Shown piece after piece: positions 9,494 to 16,330 of a stretch of DNA of 64,000 nucleotides. The first letter of the stretch is position 1. Every line of letters begins with the position of its first letter. This DNA comes from an uncultured virus (IMG/VR IMGVR_UViG_3300043775_002819) (Duplodnaviria > Heunggongvirae > Uroviricota > Caudoviricetes), in the IMG/VR virus record IMGVR_UViG_3300043775_002819; one strand, 5' to 3'. The notes under the pieces are model-generated. The model made no database searches, was not told the DNA's origin, and saw only the letters and a list, made by a program, of their open reading frames with translations. The position numbers and the translations under genes were made by a program.

Positions 9494-9557
9494 TTTGTTT
9501 ATAATTTAAAGTTTTTATTATTTAATCCCAAACTGGGTATATCTGCAACCGTTAGTG
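9427..9557 (+). repeat. attC-like site G (long loop)
   Basis: CGCTAAC-AA-CAGATATACCCAATTTGGG...CCCAAACTGGGTATATCTG-CAACC-GTTAGTG. Confidence 0.8.
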
Positions 9558-9755
9558 GCTATTTTGAGCAACATTGGTGTCAATTATAATCGGCTCAATA
9601 AAAGTCCCTAATTCGTATTTTTTATTTTCTCCTTTCGGGTACGGTTCAATTCCGTAATTTAGTTTTTTCATATACTCTTTTCTTTTTGTTTTACTTGTTA
9701 CGCAGTAAAATTCGTGTTCGTCTTCGGGTAGGTTAAATGTTAGTTTTGCTTTCAT
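9552..9755 (-). CDS. hypothetical protein, possibly chimeric
   Basis: Stop overlaps the R' box of site G. Confidence 0.5.
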   Translation of the reverse strand: MKAKLTFNLPEDEHEFYCVTSKTKRKEYMKKLNYGIEPYPKGENKKYELGTFIEPIIIDTNVAQNSH

Positions 9756-9785
9756 ATTATTCTGATTTAATTTTAATAATTTTAG

Positions 9786-9857
9786 CGGTCCATGCGAGAA
9801 TCGAACTCGCGGCTCATCCGTGACAGGGATGAATGTTAGCCACTACACCAATGGACC
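9786..9857 (-). tRNA. tRNA-Asp(GTC)
   Basis: GGTCCAT/ATGGACC stem, loop CTGTCAC, TTCGATT T-loop. Confidence 0.88.
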
Positions 9858-10180
9858 ATTAAAAAAGGTTCTGAATCATCCCCACGCCAGTTTGGGAGAA
9901 CCTTTCAAGTTTTAATATTTGACGACATAATATCCCTCACCGATATGACTAAGATTCGTTAGTCCATAGTAACCATCCACGGTGGGTTTATACTTTCACA
10001 CTCCGTCCTTATTCTATCTCACCATCGTGTCGGGTGGAATCAAACTCAGCGTTCAGTGTTATCCTCAGAACATCTTCACCATACCCCCAAAGTTACGTGG
10101 TGGGTCTCACTCGGAAGACGAGTGTATATTGTAAGATTGTTCAGTGTTCTTACAACTTGTGGATTGTATTACGATCACTT

Positions 10181-10311
10181 AAGACCCCTAACCCCCTCCA
10201 TCCATAATGGGGAACCCTTGTTTGTTCGTGTAGCCTCCCCCATAGCCTTGAAGCCTTCAAGTCAGGTTCACACCCATAACAGCCGGATACTTCTGTTAAT
10301 CGTGGGGTCTT
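10181..10311 (-). ncRNA. putative structured ncRNA, closed terminal stem
   Basis: AAGACCCC...GGGGTCTT terminal pairing, GC-rich, within tRNA transcript. Confidence 0.4.
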
Positions 10312-10314
10312 TTG

Positions 10315-10398
10315 AAGTCAGGGTAGGATTCGAACCTACAATGAGCAACCATTTTTAACAAAATGGATTCAACACCAGGTCTCTTTACACTCCTGACT
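10315..10398 (-). ncRNA. tRNA-like RNA (AGTCAGG acceptor, aberrant D-arm, GTT loop)
   Basis: AGTCAGG/CCTGACT stem, GTAGG-TTCGAAT-CCTAC T-arm, CCATT-TTGTTAA-AATGG hairpin. Confidence 0.6.
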
Positions 10399-10527
10399 AA
10401 CCTTTTTTTACAAATGTAAGACATATATTTAGACTAATCAAATTTTTTTAAAAAAAAAATATAATTTAGGGTTAGTTCGTATGACTTTTTTGTGGGTTCG
10501 TGATATTTATATATAAAGGAAGTTATT

Positions 10528-11430
10528 ATGTTTGAATGTAAAATTTGTAATCGTTATATTGATAATCTTGGTAATCTTAACCAACACATTAAAAAATGTG
10601 AAAAATTACATCTAATAAAAGATGAACTTATTAGATTATATATTGATGAATCTTATAGTGTTAAAGATTTAAGAAAAAAATTTAAATTACAATCTGATGA
10701 CATAAAAATAATATTAGGAGATAAAGTCAGATCGGCATCCGTGGCCAATAAATTAGCCCATAAAAAATATCCAGAAAACTTCAAACATACTGAAGAAAGT
10801 AAAAAAATAATGCGAGAAAAAAGATTGGAGTTTATGAAAAATAATCCTGAAAAAACTGCTTGGAGATTATCCAATGTTTCCTACCCAGAAAAATTATGTA
10901 TTGAATATATTGAAAAAAATGGTTTAGATAAAAAATATGCAATAGTTAGAGAATATTCGGTTTTTCCTTATTTTATTGATTTTGCGTTTGTAAATCAAAT
11001 GGTTGCTATTGAAATTGATGGATCTCAACATCTTTTACCCGAAAGAAAAGAAAGAGACGATAAAAAAGATAAATTATTAAATGAATTAGGTTGGTTAGTT
11101 ATCAGAGTTTCGGAAAAAGAAATTAAAACTAATATTAATAATGTTTTTGATGAAATTGTTTCAATACTGAATAAAAAACCAAAAATAAATAATATAAGAA
11201 TTGGTATGGTAGTTCACCCTAAAAAACACAAGAAAAAAGACAGAAATGAATTTGGTTTTACAGAAAAACAAATCCAATCAATGAAGAGTCAGAGAAAGGT
11301 TGAAAGGCCGAATCATGAAGACTTACTTAAATTGATTGAAGATAACGGTTTTAGGTCAACCGGAAAAATGTTTGGTGTTTCAGATACTGCAATTCGTAAA
11401 TGGGTAAAGTCTTACCAAAAAGGATTATAA
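10528..11430 (+). CDS. DUF559/Vsr-like PD-(D/E)xK endonuclease (putative homing endonuclease)
   Basis: N-terminal CxxC finger, KHTEESKKIM NUMOD-like motif, YFIDFA...IEIDGSQH...D...GWLVIR, C-terminal HTH; inserted antisense in the tRNA cluster. Confidence 0.8.
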   Translation: MFECKICNRYIDNLGNLNQHIKKCEKLHLIKDELIRLYIDESYSVKDLRKKFKLQSDDIKIILGDKVRSASVANKLAHKKYPENFKHTEESKKIMREKRLEFMKNNPEKTAWRLSNVSYPEKLCIEYIEKNGLDKKYAIVREYSVFPYFIDFAFVNQMVAIEIDGSQHLLPERKERDDKKDKLLNELGWLVIRVSEKEIKTNINNVFDEIVSILNKKPKINNIRIGMVVHPKKHKKKDRNEFGFTEKQIQSMKSQRKVERPNHEDLLKLIEDNGFRSTGKMFGVSDTAIRKWVKSYQKGL

Positions 11431-11433
11431 TTG

Positions 11434-11505
11434 TAGCCCATCCCGGTAACGCTCCGAGATTTTTTGGTTGAAAACCAAATGTCCTTACTTTTAGACGAAT
11501 GGGCC
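11434..11505 (-). tRNA. tRNA-Glu(TTC), non-canonical T-loop
   Basis: TTTGG-TTTTCAA-CCAAA anticodon arm; T-loop AGCGTTA. Confidence 0.8.
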
Positions 11506-11516
11506 AAATTAAGAGT

Positions 11517-11629
11517 GTAAAAGATTCGTCTTACCTAAGACCGCGGATCCCCATAAGACTTAACTTTACCAATCTGTTGATTTGCAACTCATCAGATTGT
11601 CAGGTTACTACTCATACAGAACCTTTTAC
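11517..11629 (-). ncRNA. putative structured ncRNA, closed terminal stem
   Basis: GTAAAAGGTTC...GAATCTTTTAC terminal pairing with internal hairpins. Confidence 0.4.
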
Positions 11630-11644
11630 TGCTTTCAGTGTTTA

Positions 11645-11722
11645 CTACGACCATACAGGATTCGAACCTGTGTCCTTCGGCTTGTGTGCCGACGCTCTAA
11701 CCGCTCGAGCTAAAAGCCGTAG
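11645..11722 (-). ncRNA. tRNA-like RNA with irregular anticodon loop
   Basis: Canonical D-arm (TAGCTC...GAGC) and T-arm; weak extended acceptor; loop ACACAA without U33. Confidence 0.55.
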
Positions 11723-11748
11723 ATATTTACTTTCCGCTTTTCTCTTAG

Positions 11749-11901
11749 TAACCCCAGTGGGAATCGAACCCACCTTGTGAACTACATGTAATAAGCTTCA
11801 ACTTTGATACTCCGATCCTAGTATTAAGGAGAGTTACTCGCAAATTACCCTCATTCACCCACTTATCGCCATGGTAGCGAACCATAACCGACTATGGAGT
11901 C
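11749..11901 (-). ncRNA. tRNA-like RNA with ~100-nt insert in place of the anticodon arm
   Basis: GACTCCA/TGGGGTT acceptor, GTGGG-TTCGATT-CCCAC T-arm; own TTTG...TATCTTTG promoter at about 11910-11945. Confidence 0.55.
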
Positions 11902-11965
11902 ATATTGTTAAAACAAAGATAAGTAGAATATTTCAATTTAACAAATCTTTTTTTAACTTTTTTTG

Positions 11966-12039
11966 CGGTCTGGACGGGACTCGAACCCGCGACCCCCTGC
12001 GTGACAGGCAGGTATTCTAACCAACTGAACTACCAGACC
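11966..12039 (-). tRNA. tRNA-Asp(GTC)
   Basis: Canonical cloverleaf, loop CTGTCAC. Confidence 0.92.
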
Positions 12040-12045
12040 AAGTTG

Positions 12046-12119
12046 TGGAGGTAAAGGGATTCGAACCCATGACCCTCTGCGTGCAAGGCAGATGCTCTAG
12101 CCAACTGAGCTATACCCCC
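12046..12119 (-). tRNA. tRNA-Ala(TGC)
   Basis: G3:U70, loop TTGCAC. Confidence 0.92.
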
Positions 12120-12196
12120 ATAACCAAAGTCGCTATTATAAGTAACGACTTTTTAACTTTTTCTCCACTTACTTCTTTCGAATGGAAGATAAGATG

Positions 12197-12269
12197 AGCG
12201 GAAGAAGAGACTCGAACTCTCAACAACCTGCTTGGAAGGCAGGAGCTCTACCAATTGAGCTACTTCCGC
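12197..12269 (-). tRNA. tRNA-Gly(TCC)
   Basis: GCGGAAG/CTTCCGC stem, loop CTTCCAA. Confidence 0.9.
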
Positions 12270-12486
12270 AAAGTGTGACAACCTTTGGGGTCGGTTATCA
12301 CTTTTACGTGAATGGGGTGATCAAACCCACTAACATCACGGGTGTTGGTTTTTCACATTAAACCATCTCCACAAAACGAAAGTTTTTATCAACCAAAACT
12401 TTATAAACGACTTGACTATTTTGTAACCCCCATTTTAAGTGCGTGTTACCTCTTTCTCAAGTAGAACTCTACTGTCGACACTCCCG

Positions 12487-12559
12487 TGCTGATGAAGGGA
12501 CTTGAACCCATAGCCTTGACGATATAAGCGTCCTGCTCTCACCATTGAGCTACATCAGC
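12487..12559 (-). tRNA. tRNA-Ile(TAT)
   Basis: GCTGATG/CATCAGC stem; GACG-CTTATAT-CGTC anticodon arm. Confidence 0.85.
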
Positions 12560-12566
12560 ATTATAG

Positions 12567-12649
12567 TTGCGGGAGGTGGGCTCGAACCACCGGGGTCAAA
12601 GACACGAGGTTATGAGCCTCGCCAGCTACCAACTACTTACTATCCCGCC
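12567..12649 (-). tRNA. tRNA-Met(CAT), initiator-like, with extra variable arm
   Basis: CGAGG-CTCATAA-CCTCG; 1:72 mismatch. Confidence 0.75.
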
Positions 12650-12656
12650 TTATTTG

Positions 12657-12731
12657 TGGTATGGGAATGGAATCGAACCATCGGCACAAGGGGTTTCCGT
12701 CCCTTTGCTCTACCTACTGAGCTACCACACC
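12657..12731 (-). tRNA. Phe-like tRNA with 8-nt anticodon loop (possible pseudogene)
   Basis: AAGGG-ACGGAAAC-CCCTT; normal D and T arms. Confidence 0.55.
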
Positions 12732-12758
12732 ATTTTATGTAAAATTACTAAAAATATA

Positions 12759-13268
12759 TTATTTAAACAACTTACCTTGATAATTTTTAGCAACTTCTTT
12801 TAATTTTTCATTTGAGTAGTTTGAGTGTTCTAATCTGTGACACAACGCACATAACAAATCACATTTATCTAACTCATTTTTCACTTTATCCCAACTCATA
12901 TTTGCCATGTTGAGGGCACTTGAGTTAAAATCTTTTTCTTCTGGGTCTCTATGATGAAGGTCATATCCTGATAAATCACCTTTCCACCCACACTTAACAC
13001 ATTCACCACCCAAATATTTAACCGCGTATTCCTTAACTCTATACCTTCGTATGTTTACAGAACACATTTGACAAAAATTCTTACTTGTTATTGTTTTTCC
13101 ACAAAGTTTACAACAAGTTTCTTCCTTTTTGTTATACTCAATTCCGTTTCTATTTATTATTCTATAAACCGTTCTTCTTCCAATACCTAAGTCATTAGAT
13201 ATTTCGGTCGGTGTTTTTTTTTCGGTATACAACCTAATAACCTCTAATTCTTTTTCTGTTTTCTTCAT
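12759..13268 (-). CDS. HTH + HNH endonuclease
   Basis: N-terminal HTH, CxxC pairs, YDLHHRDP and CDLLCALCHRLEH. Confidence 0.85.
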   Translation of the reverse strand: MKKTEKELEVIRLYTEKKTPTEISNDLGIGRRTVYRIINRNGIEYNKKEETCCKLCGKTITSKNFCQMCSVNIRRYRVKEYAVKYLGGECVKCGWKGDLSGYDLHHRDPEEKDFNSSALNMANMSWDKVKNELDKCDLLCALCHRLEHSNYSNEKLKEVAKNYQGKLFK

Positions 13269-13348
13269 ATCTCTTTATTAATAAATATCAAGAAAAAATA
13301 GAAAAGACACACTTTTAGTAAAAAAAAATATACTTTTTGTGTCTTTTG

Positions 13349-13450
13349 TAGTCAGGACAGGATTTGAACCTGTATTGGTGACCGACTTAATTACTTGGGA
13401 CTTGAACCCACACCACTCTTCCGATGCGTCTACCATTCCGCCACCTGACT
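13349..13450 (-). ncRNA. tRNA-like RNA B2 (AGTCAGG family)
   Basis: AGTCAGG/CCTGACT acceptor, TGGCGGAATGGTAGACGC D-arm, ACAGG-TTCAAAT-CCTGT T-arm, ~50-nt non-anticodon middle. Confidence 0.65.
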
Positions 13451-13465
13451 ATTTGAGGTTGAGTT

Positions 13466-13578
13466 CCTCTGTGTTGTCTGTACTGTTTTACCCCCAATCA
13501 AACGATTGACATTACTTTTAATGTAATCAGTTTCATACGTAGCGTCTGTTCAGTCTTCCTTTCTCAAGGGAACAACAC
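13466..13578 (-). ncRNA. repeat RNA module A2
   Basis: GTGTTGTTCCCTTGAGAAAGGAA...ACAACACAGAGG. Confidence 0.55.
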
Positions 13579-13582
13579 TTTG

Positions 13583-13702
13583 TAGTCAGGACAGGATTCG
13601 AACCTGTATTGTCATTGTGGCAGGCTATTCTACCTGCGACCTATATCTCGAATTTTATACGAGAACACTTTGAACTATTGGCAACCGTTTCGCCACCTGA
13701 CC
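13583..13702 (-). ncRNA. tRNA-like RNA B1 (AGTCAGG family)
   Basis: GGTCAGG/CCTGACT acceptor, same T-arm as B2, different ~70-nt middle. Confidence 0.65.
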
Positions 13703-13719
13703 ATTTGAGAATGAGAGGT

Positions 13720-13805
13720 CCTCTGTGTTGTAGTGTGCGATTACAATTTTTGTAATTCAAGTAATGTCACTCTTCTTTACAATTCCTTTCTCAAGGGAAC
13801 AACAC
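13720..13805 (-). ncRNA. repeat RNA module A1
   Basis: Same conserved ends as A2, different middle. Confidence 0.55.
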
Positions 13806-13955
13806 AATATTGTCGATAGTGTTGGAGTACCCATCTCGCTCCAATCTTAACTGCTTAATCGTAGTTTTACGAGGCCTCGGCAGAAACGGTGATGAATTCC
13901 TGATCCACTCTGGATTGTCGACATCCGTTGAGTGGGGTAAACCACTATCAATATT
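13806..13955 (-). ncRNA. putative structured ncRNA
   Basis: AATATT-GATAGTG...CACTATC-(GAC)-AATATT terminal stem, GC-rich interior. Confidence 0.45.
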
Positions 13956-13961
13956 TTAAAA

Positions 13962-14094
13962 TGTTTAACGGTTATAGATACTTTATTATCTCCACTTTTA
14001 GTTCCCAACGTAAAGATCACTCTTCCTAATTGTCTTTTAAGTTTCACAGATTTTTATCCTCTCTAACACTTTATCAATACTTTGCCGTTAAACA
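13962..14094 (-). ncRNA. putative structured ncRNA
   Basis: TGTTTAACGG/CCGTTAAACA 10-bp terminal stem. Confidence 0.4.
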
Positions 14095-14111
14095 CTTAAT
14101 ATCTTAAAAAA

Positions 14112-14334
14112 TGGTAAGACCTTAAGATTTACTCATTCGTGGGTCACCCCATCCGTACTACCTATACCTCGCCTTTAACATCCGTTCTACCCAAACCATC
14201 GTTTTTACCTGTTAACCTTTCGGAAAACTTTGAGTACCTCCTCAATCCATTAGTCTGATAGGGGCTCCGTTTTGCTCGTCATTTCTGACTCCCTATGGGA
14301 TTCTGCCGATATAGGTCTATCTGCTATCTTACCA
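14112..14334 (-). ncRNA. putative structured ncRNA (~220 nt)
   Basis: TGGTAAGA/TCTTACCA terminal stem directly after a boxA-like element at 14343-14353. Confidence 0.45.
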
Positions 14335-14479
14335 ATCTAATATGTCAATGAACTTTTTCTCTTTTGTGTGGGGGTGAGTCCACCATCACATTTTCTCACC
14401 CCCGTTGTTTGTTTTACAAATATAAGAACTTTATTTTGATCTGCCAAACACTTTGTAAAATATTTTTTATTTTTTTCTG

Positions 14480-14560
14480 TAGTCCGGGAGGGACTCGAAC
14501 CCTCACGCATTGCGCATTCGATCTTAAGCCGAACGTGTATACCGATTCCAACACCGAACC
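14480..14560 (-). tRNA. tRNA-Leu(TAA)
   Basis: TTCGG-CTTAAGA-TCGAA with long variable arm. Confidence 0.88.
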
Positions 14561-14643
14561 ATTTTCACCATTATGTCAAAGAACCTTTGTCTTTTGTTTC
14601 ACAAAGATAGTGATCTTTTTGAAACTACCAAACTTATATTCAC

Positions 14644-14673
14644 AAAAAAACCCCTCTTTTTTGGGGAGGGGTT
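14644..14673 (-). terminator. attenuator terminator 1
   Basis: AACCCCTC...GAGGGGTT followed by T-run, ~24 nt after the leader stop. Confidence 0.75.
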
Positions 14674-14696
14674 CTAAATATTATATGTATAAAATA

Positions 14697-14765
14697 TTAC
14701 ACCCTCCTCTTGAAAGTTGCCTCAGCTAAATCGCCCCCTATCAATAATATGTGTAAATTTTTCAT
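14697..14765 (-). CDS. putative attenuator leader peptide 1, MKNLHILLIGGDLAEATFKRRV
   Basis: Read manually; promoter upstream (TTGACA...TATATTTATA); 3' end GGAGGGT can pair with terminator arm ACCCCTCC. Confidence 0.7.
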   Translation of the reverse strand: MKNLHILLIGGDLAEATFKRRV

Positions 14766-14840
14766 TTGCGGTTTTTAAGTTTTGTTATAAATATATGATA
14801 CTTTTAGAAAGTGTCAAGTTTTATGGATTATTTTTTTAAT

Positions 14841-15230
14841 TTACGCCTCGTAGTGACTTGGGAACCATTCACCGCCATTTCTTAGATATTTCTCAATTTC
14901 TTGTGGGTCAACTAAATCTAAAACTAAATATTTTTTACCTTTTAAATCATCTTCAAAAAGTTCGTAACCAAATGTTTTACCATCGGGTGATTCTAACCAA
15001 TAGATATCCATATCATCATCTTTTATTAATTCAGTAGGTAATACTTCATTTGTCATAGTCCCAACCCAATACATTTGATATTTAGGTAATATTTCTTTAA
15101 CATACATAAATCCAGGATAATTCTCGTTATTGAAATAAACTTTACCTAATCTATTATTTTCATTTTCTTTAATCACTCGTTTAACTATGTTAGTCAAATC
15201 AGATTCTGTAATTCTTATTATTTTTTTCAT
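14841..15230 (-). CDS. hypothetical protein with MKKIIRITESDL leader
   Basis: Member of the repeated N-terminal leader family. Confidence 0.75.
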   Translation of the reverse strand: MKKIIRITESDLTNIVKRVIKENENNRLGKVYFNNENYPGFMYVKEILPKYQMYWVGTMTNEVLPTELIKDDDMDIYWLESPDGKTFGYELFEDDLKGKKYLVLDLVDPQEIEKYLRNGGEWFPSHYEA

Positions 15231-15302
15231 ATTAATAAATATGAGATCAAAAAGTTATTATTTTAGAAAAAATCTAAAATTTAGTATATATACTATTTTT
15301 TG

Positions 15303-15376
15303 TGCCCCCAGCAGGACTCGAACCTGCAAAATTGTGATCCTAAATCACATGCGTATGCCAATTCCGCCATAGGGGC
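15303..15376 (-). tRNA. tRNA-Leu(TAG), short variable loop
   Basis: TGTGA-TTTAGGA-TCACA; Leu-type D-loop; no long variable arm. Confidence 0.85.
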
Positions 15377-15384
15377 ATTTGTTG

Positions 15385-15456
15385 AGGTCAGGGTGGGATT
15401 CGAACCCACATACCGAGATTTTGCAGATCTGGACTTTACCTATCAGACACCCGACC
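15385..15456 (-). tRNA. tRNA-Cys(GCA)
   Basis: AGAT-CTGCAAA-ATCT; U73. Confidence 0.8.
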
Positions 15457-15458
15457 AA

Positions 15459-15914
15459 TTAACGACAATGAAAATCTGCCGCCTTTGTTGCAATTTGGTT
15501 ATCAGGTTTAATATTCGCCTTATAACCCAAAGAATTAACCCACCCAACCGCAGGACCAACCAACTTTGAACTAAAGTGTTGTTCTTGAGCGTTATAATCA
15601 AGATCAATCTCAAGTTTAACATTCACCTTACTTGTTAAAAAGTTTGCAACCTCAATTGAATAATCGGCTTCATTCCATAACCTTGTCCACTTATCACGAA
15701 TTTTTTTAACCTTATGTTTGTGATATATATAGTGAACTCCGCGGTTTCCATACCGATATGCTATTGCGGTTACATATACAGTCGATCTTCTGTGGTTTTG
15801 AGAATCAGTTCCAACATGAATTTCAACATAAGGACATTCATTTAAAATATCCAAAGTGTGTTTTGATATGTCAGAAACTGGATTTCCATCAACCTTTCTA
15901 AATACTCGGTTCAT
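15459..15914 (-). CDS. RNase H-like protein (YkuK/DUF458-like)
   Basis: IHVGTDSQ, RLWNEA..S, EIDLDYN, ATKAAD motifs. Confidence 0.8.
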   Translation of the reverse strand: MNRVFRKVDGNPVSDISKHTLDILNECPYVEIHVGTDSQNHRRSTVYVTAIAYRYGNRGVHYIYHKHKVKKIRDKWTRLWNEADYSIEVANFLTSKVNVKLEIDLDYNAQEQHFSSKLVGPAVGWVNSLGYKANIKPDNQIATKAADFHCR

Positions 15915-15937
15915 TTTATCTCCTTTTTAATTGTTTG

Positions 15938-16010
15938 TGGACCGGGACGGAATCGAACCATCCACGCCTAGATCTTCAGTCTAGCGCTCTACCAACTGAG
16001 CTACCGGTCC
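15938..16010 (-). tRNA. tRNA-Phe(GAA)
   Basis: CTAGA-CTGAAGA-TCTAG. Confidence 0.92.
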
Positions 16011-16015
16011 TTATT

Positions 16016-16091
16016 TGGCGCGTCGTCAGGGAATCGAACCCATGTCTATGCGAGGTTTTGGAGGCCTGCCGCTTCCATAAGCTACGACGCA
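16016..16091 (-). tRNA. tRNA-Trp(CCA), encoded CCA end
   Basis: Loop CTCCAAA; imperfect anticodon stem. Confidence 0.7.
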
Positions 16092-16098
16092 AATATTG

Positions 16099-16171
16099 TA
16101 CCTTCGGAGAGACTCAAACTCCCATCTTGTGATCCGTAGTCACAGGTTCTTTTCAATTGAACTACGAAGGT
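16099..16171 (-). tRNA. tRNA-Arg(ACG)
   Basis: TGTGA-CTACGGA-TCACA. Confidence 0.88.
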
Positions 16172-16177
16172 ATTTTG

Positions 16178-16251
16178 TGTGTATGATGGGGGTCGAACCC
16201 ATGACCTCTTGACCCACAATCAAGCACTCTGCCAACTGAGCTACATACACC
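16178..16251 (-). tRNA. tRNA-His(GTG)
   Basis: CTTGA-TTGTGGG-TCAAG; G-1 encoded. Confidence 0.88.
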
Positions 16252-16257
16252 ATGTAG

Positions 16258-16327
16258 TACCGATAAAGGGTATCGAACCAAATGACATCCAGGATATGAG
16301 CCCGGACCGGAAACCTTTCCTATCGGC
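16258..16327 (-). tRNA. tRNA-Met/Ile2(CAT), reduced D-arm
   Basis: CCGGG-CTCATAT-CCTGG. Confidence 0.65.
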
Positions 16328-16330
16328 AGA

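Larger units (their letters stand above)
7393..9557. mobile_element. integron-like gene-cassette array (7 attC-like sites, no integrase in window)
   Basis: Seven TAAC...palindrome...GTTA sites separating single ORFs; in four junctions R'' of a site is the exact reverse complement of R' of the previous site over 9-10 bp. Confidence 0.8.

Noticed and set aside
7371..9557. CRISPR array from the repeated palindromes
   Set aside because: Repeats are non-identical and separated by whole genes, and no cas genes are present; an attC model fits better
11749..13702. Group I introns inside the long tRNA-like genes
   Set aside because: Inserts of 50-100 nt are too short and lack recognisable P7 core elements
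13349..13805. CRISPR mini-array
   Set aside because: Two alternating module types with tRNA-like structure and unequal interiors; no uniform repeat-spacer period
9915..14334. RNase P, SRP or rRNA identity for the unexplained ncRNA blocks
   Set aside because: No GAGGAAAGTCC or AGGTCCGGAAGGAAGCAG signatures and no rRNA motifs were seen
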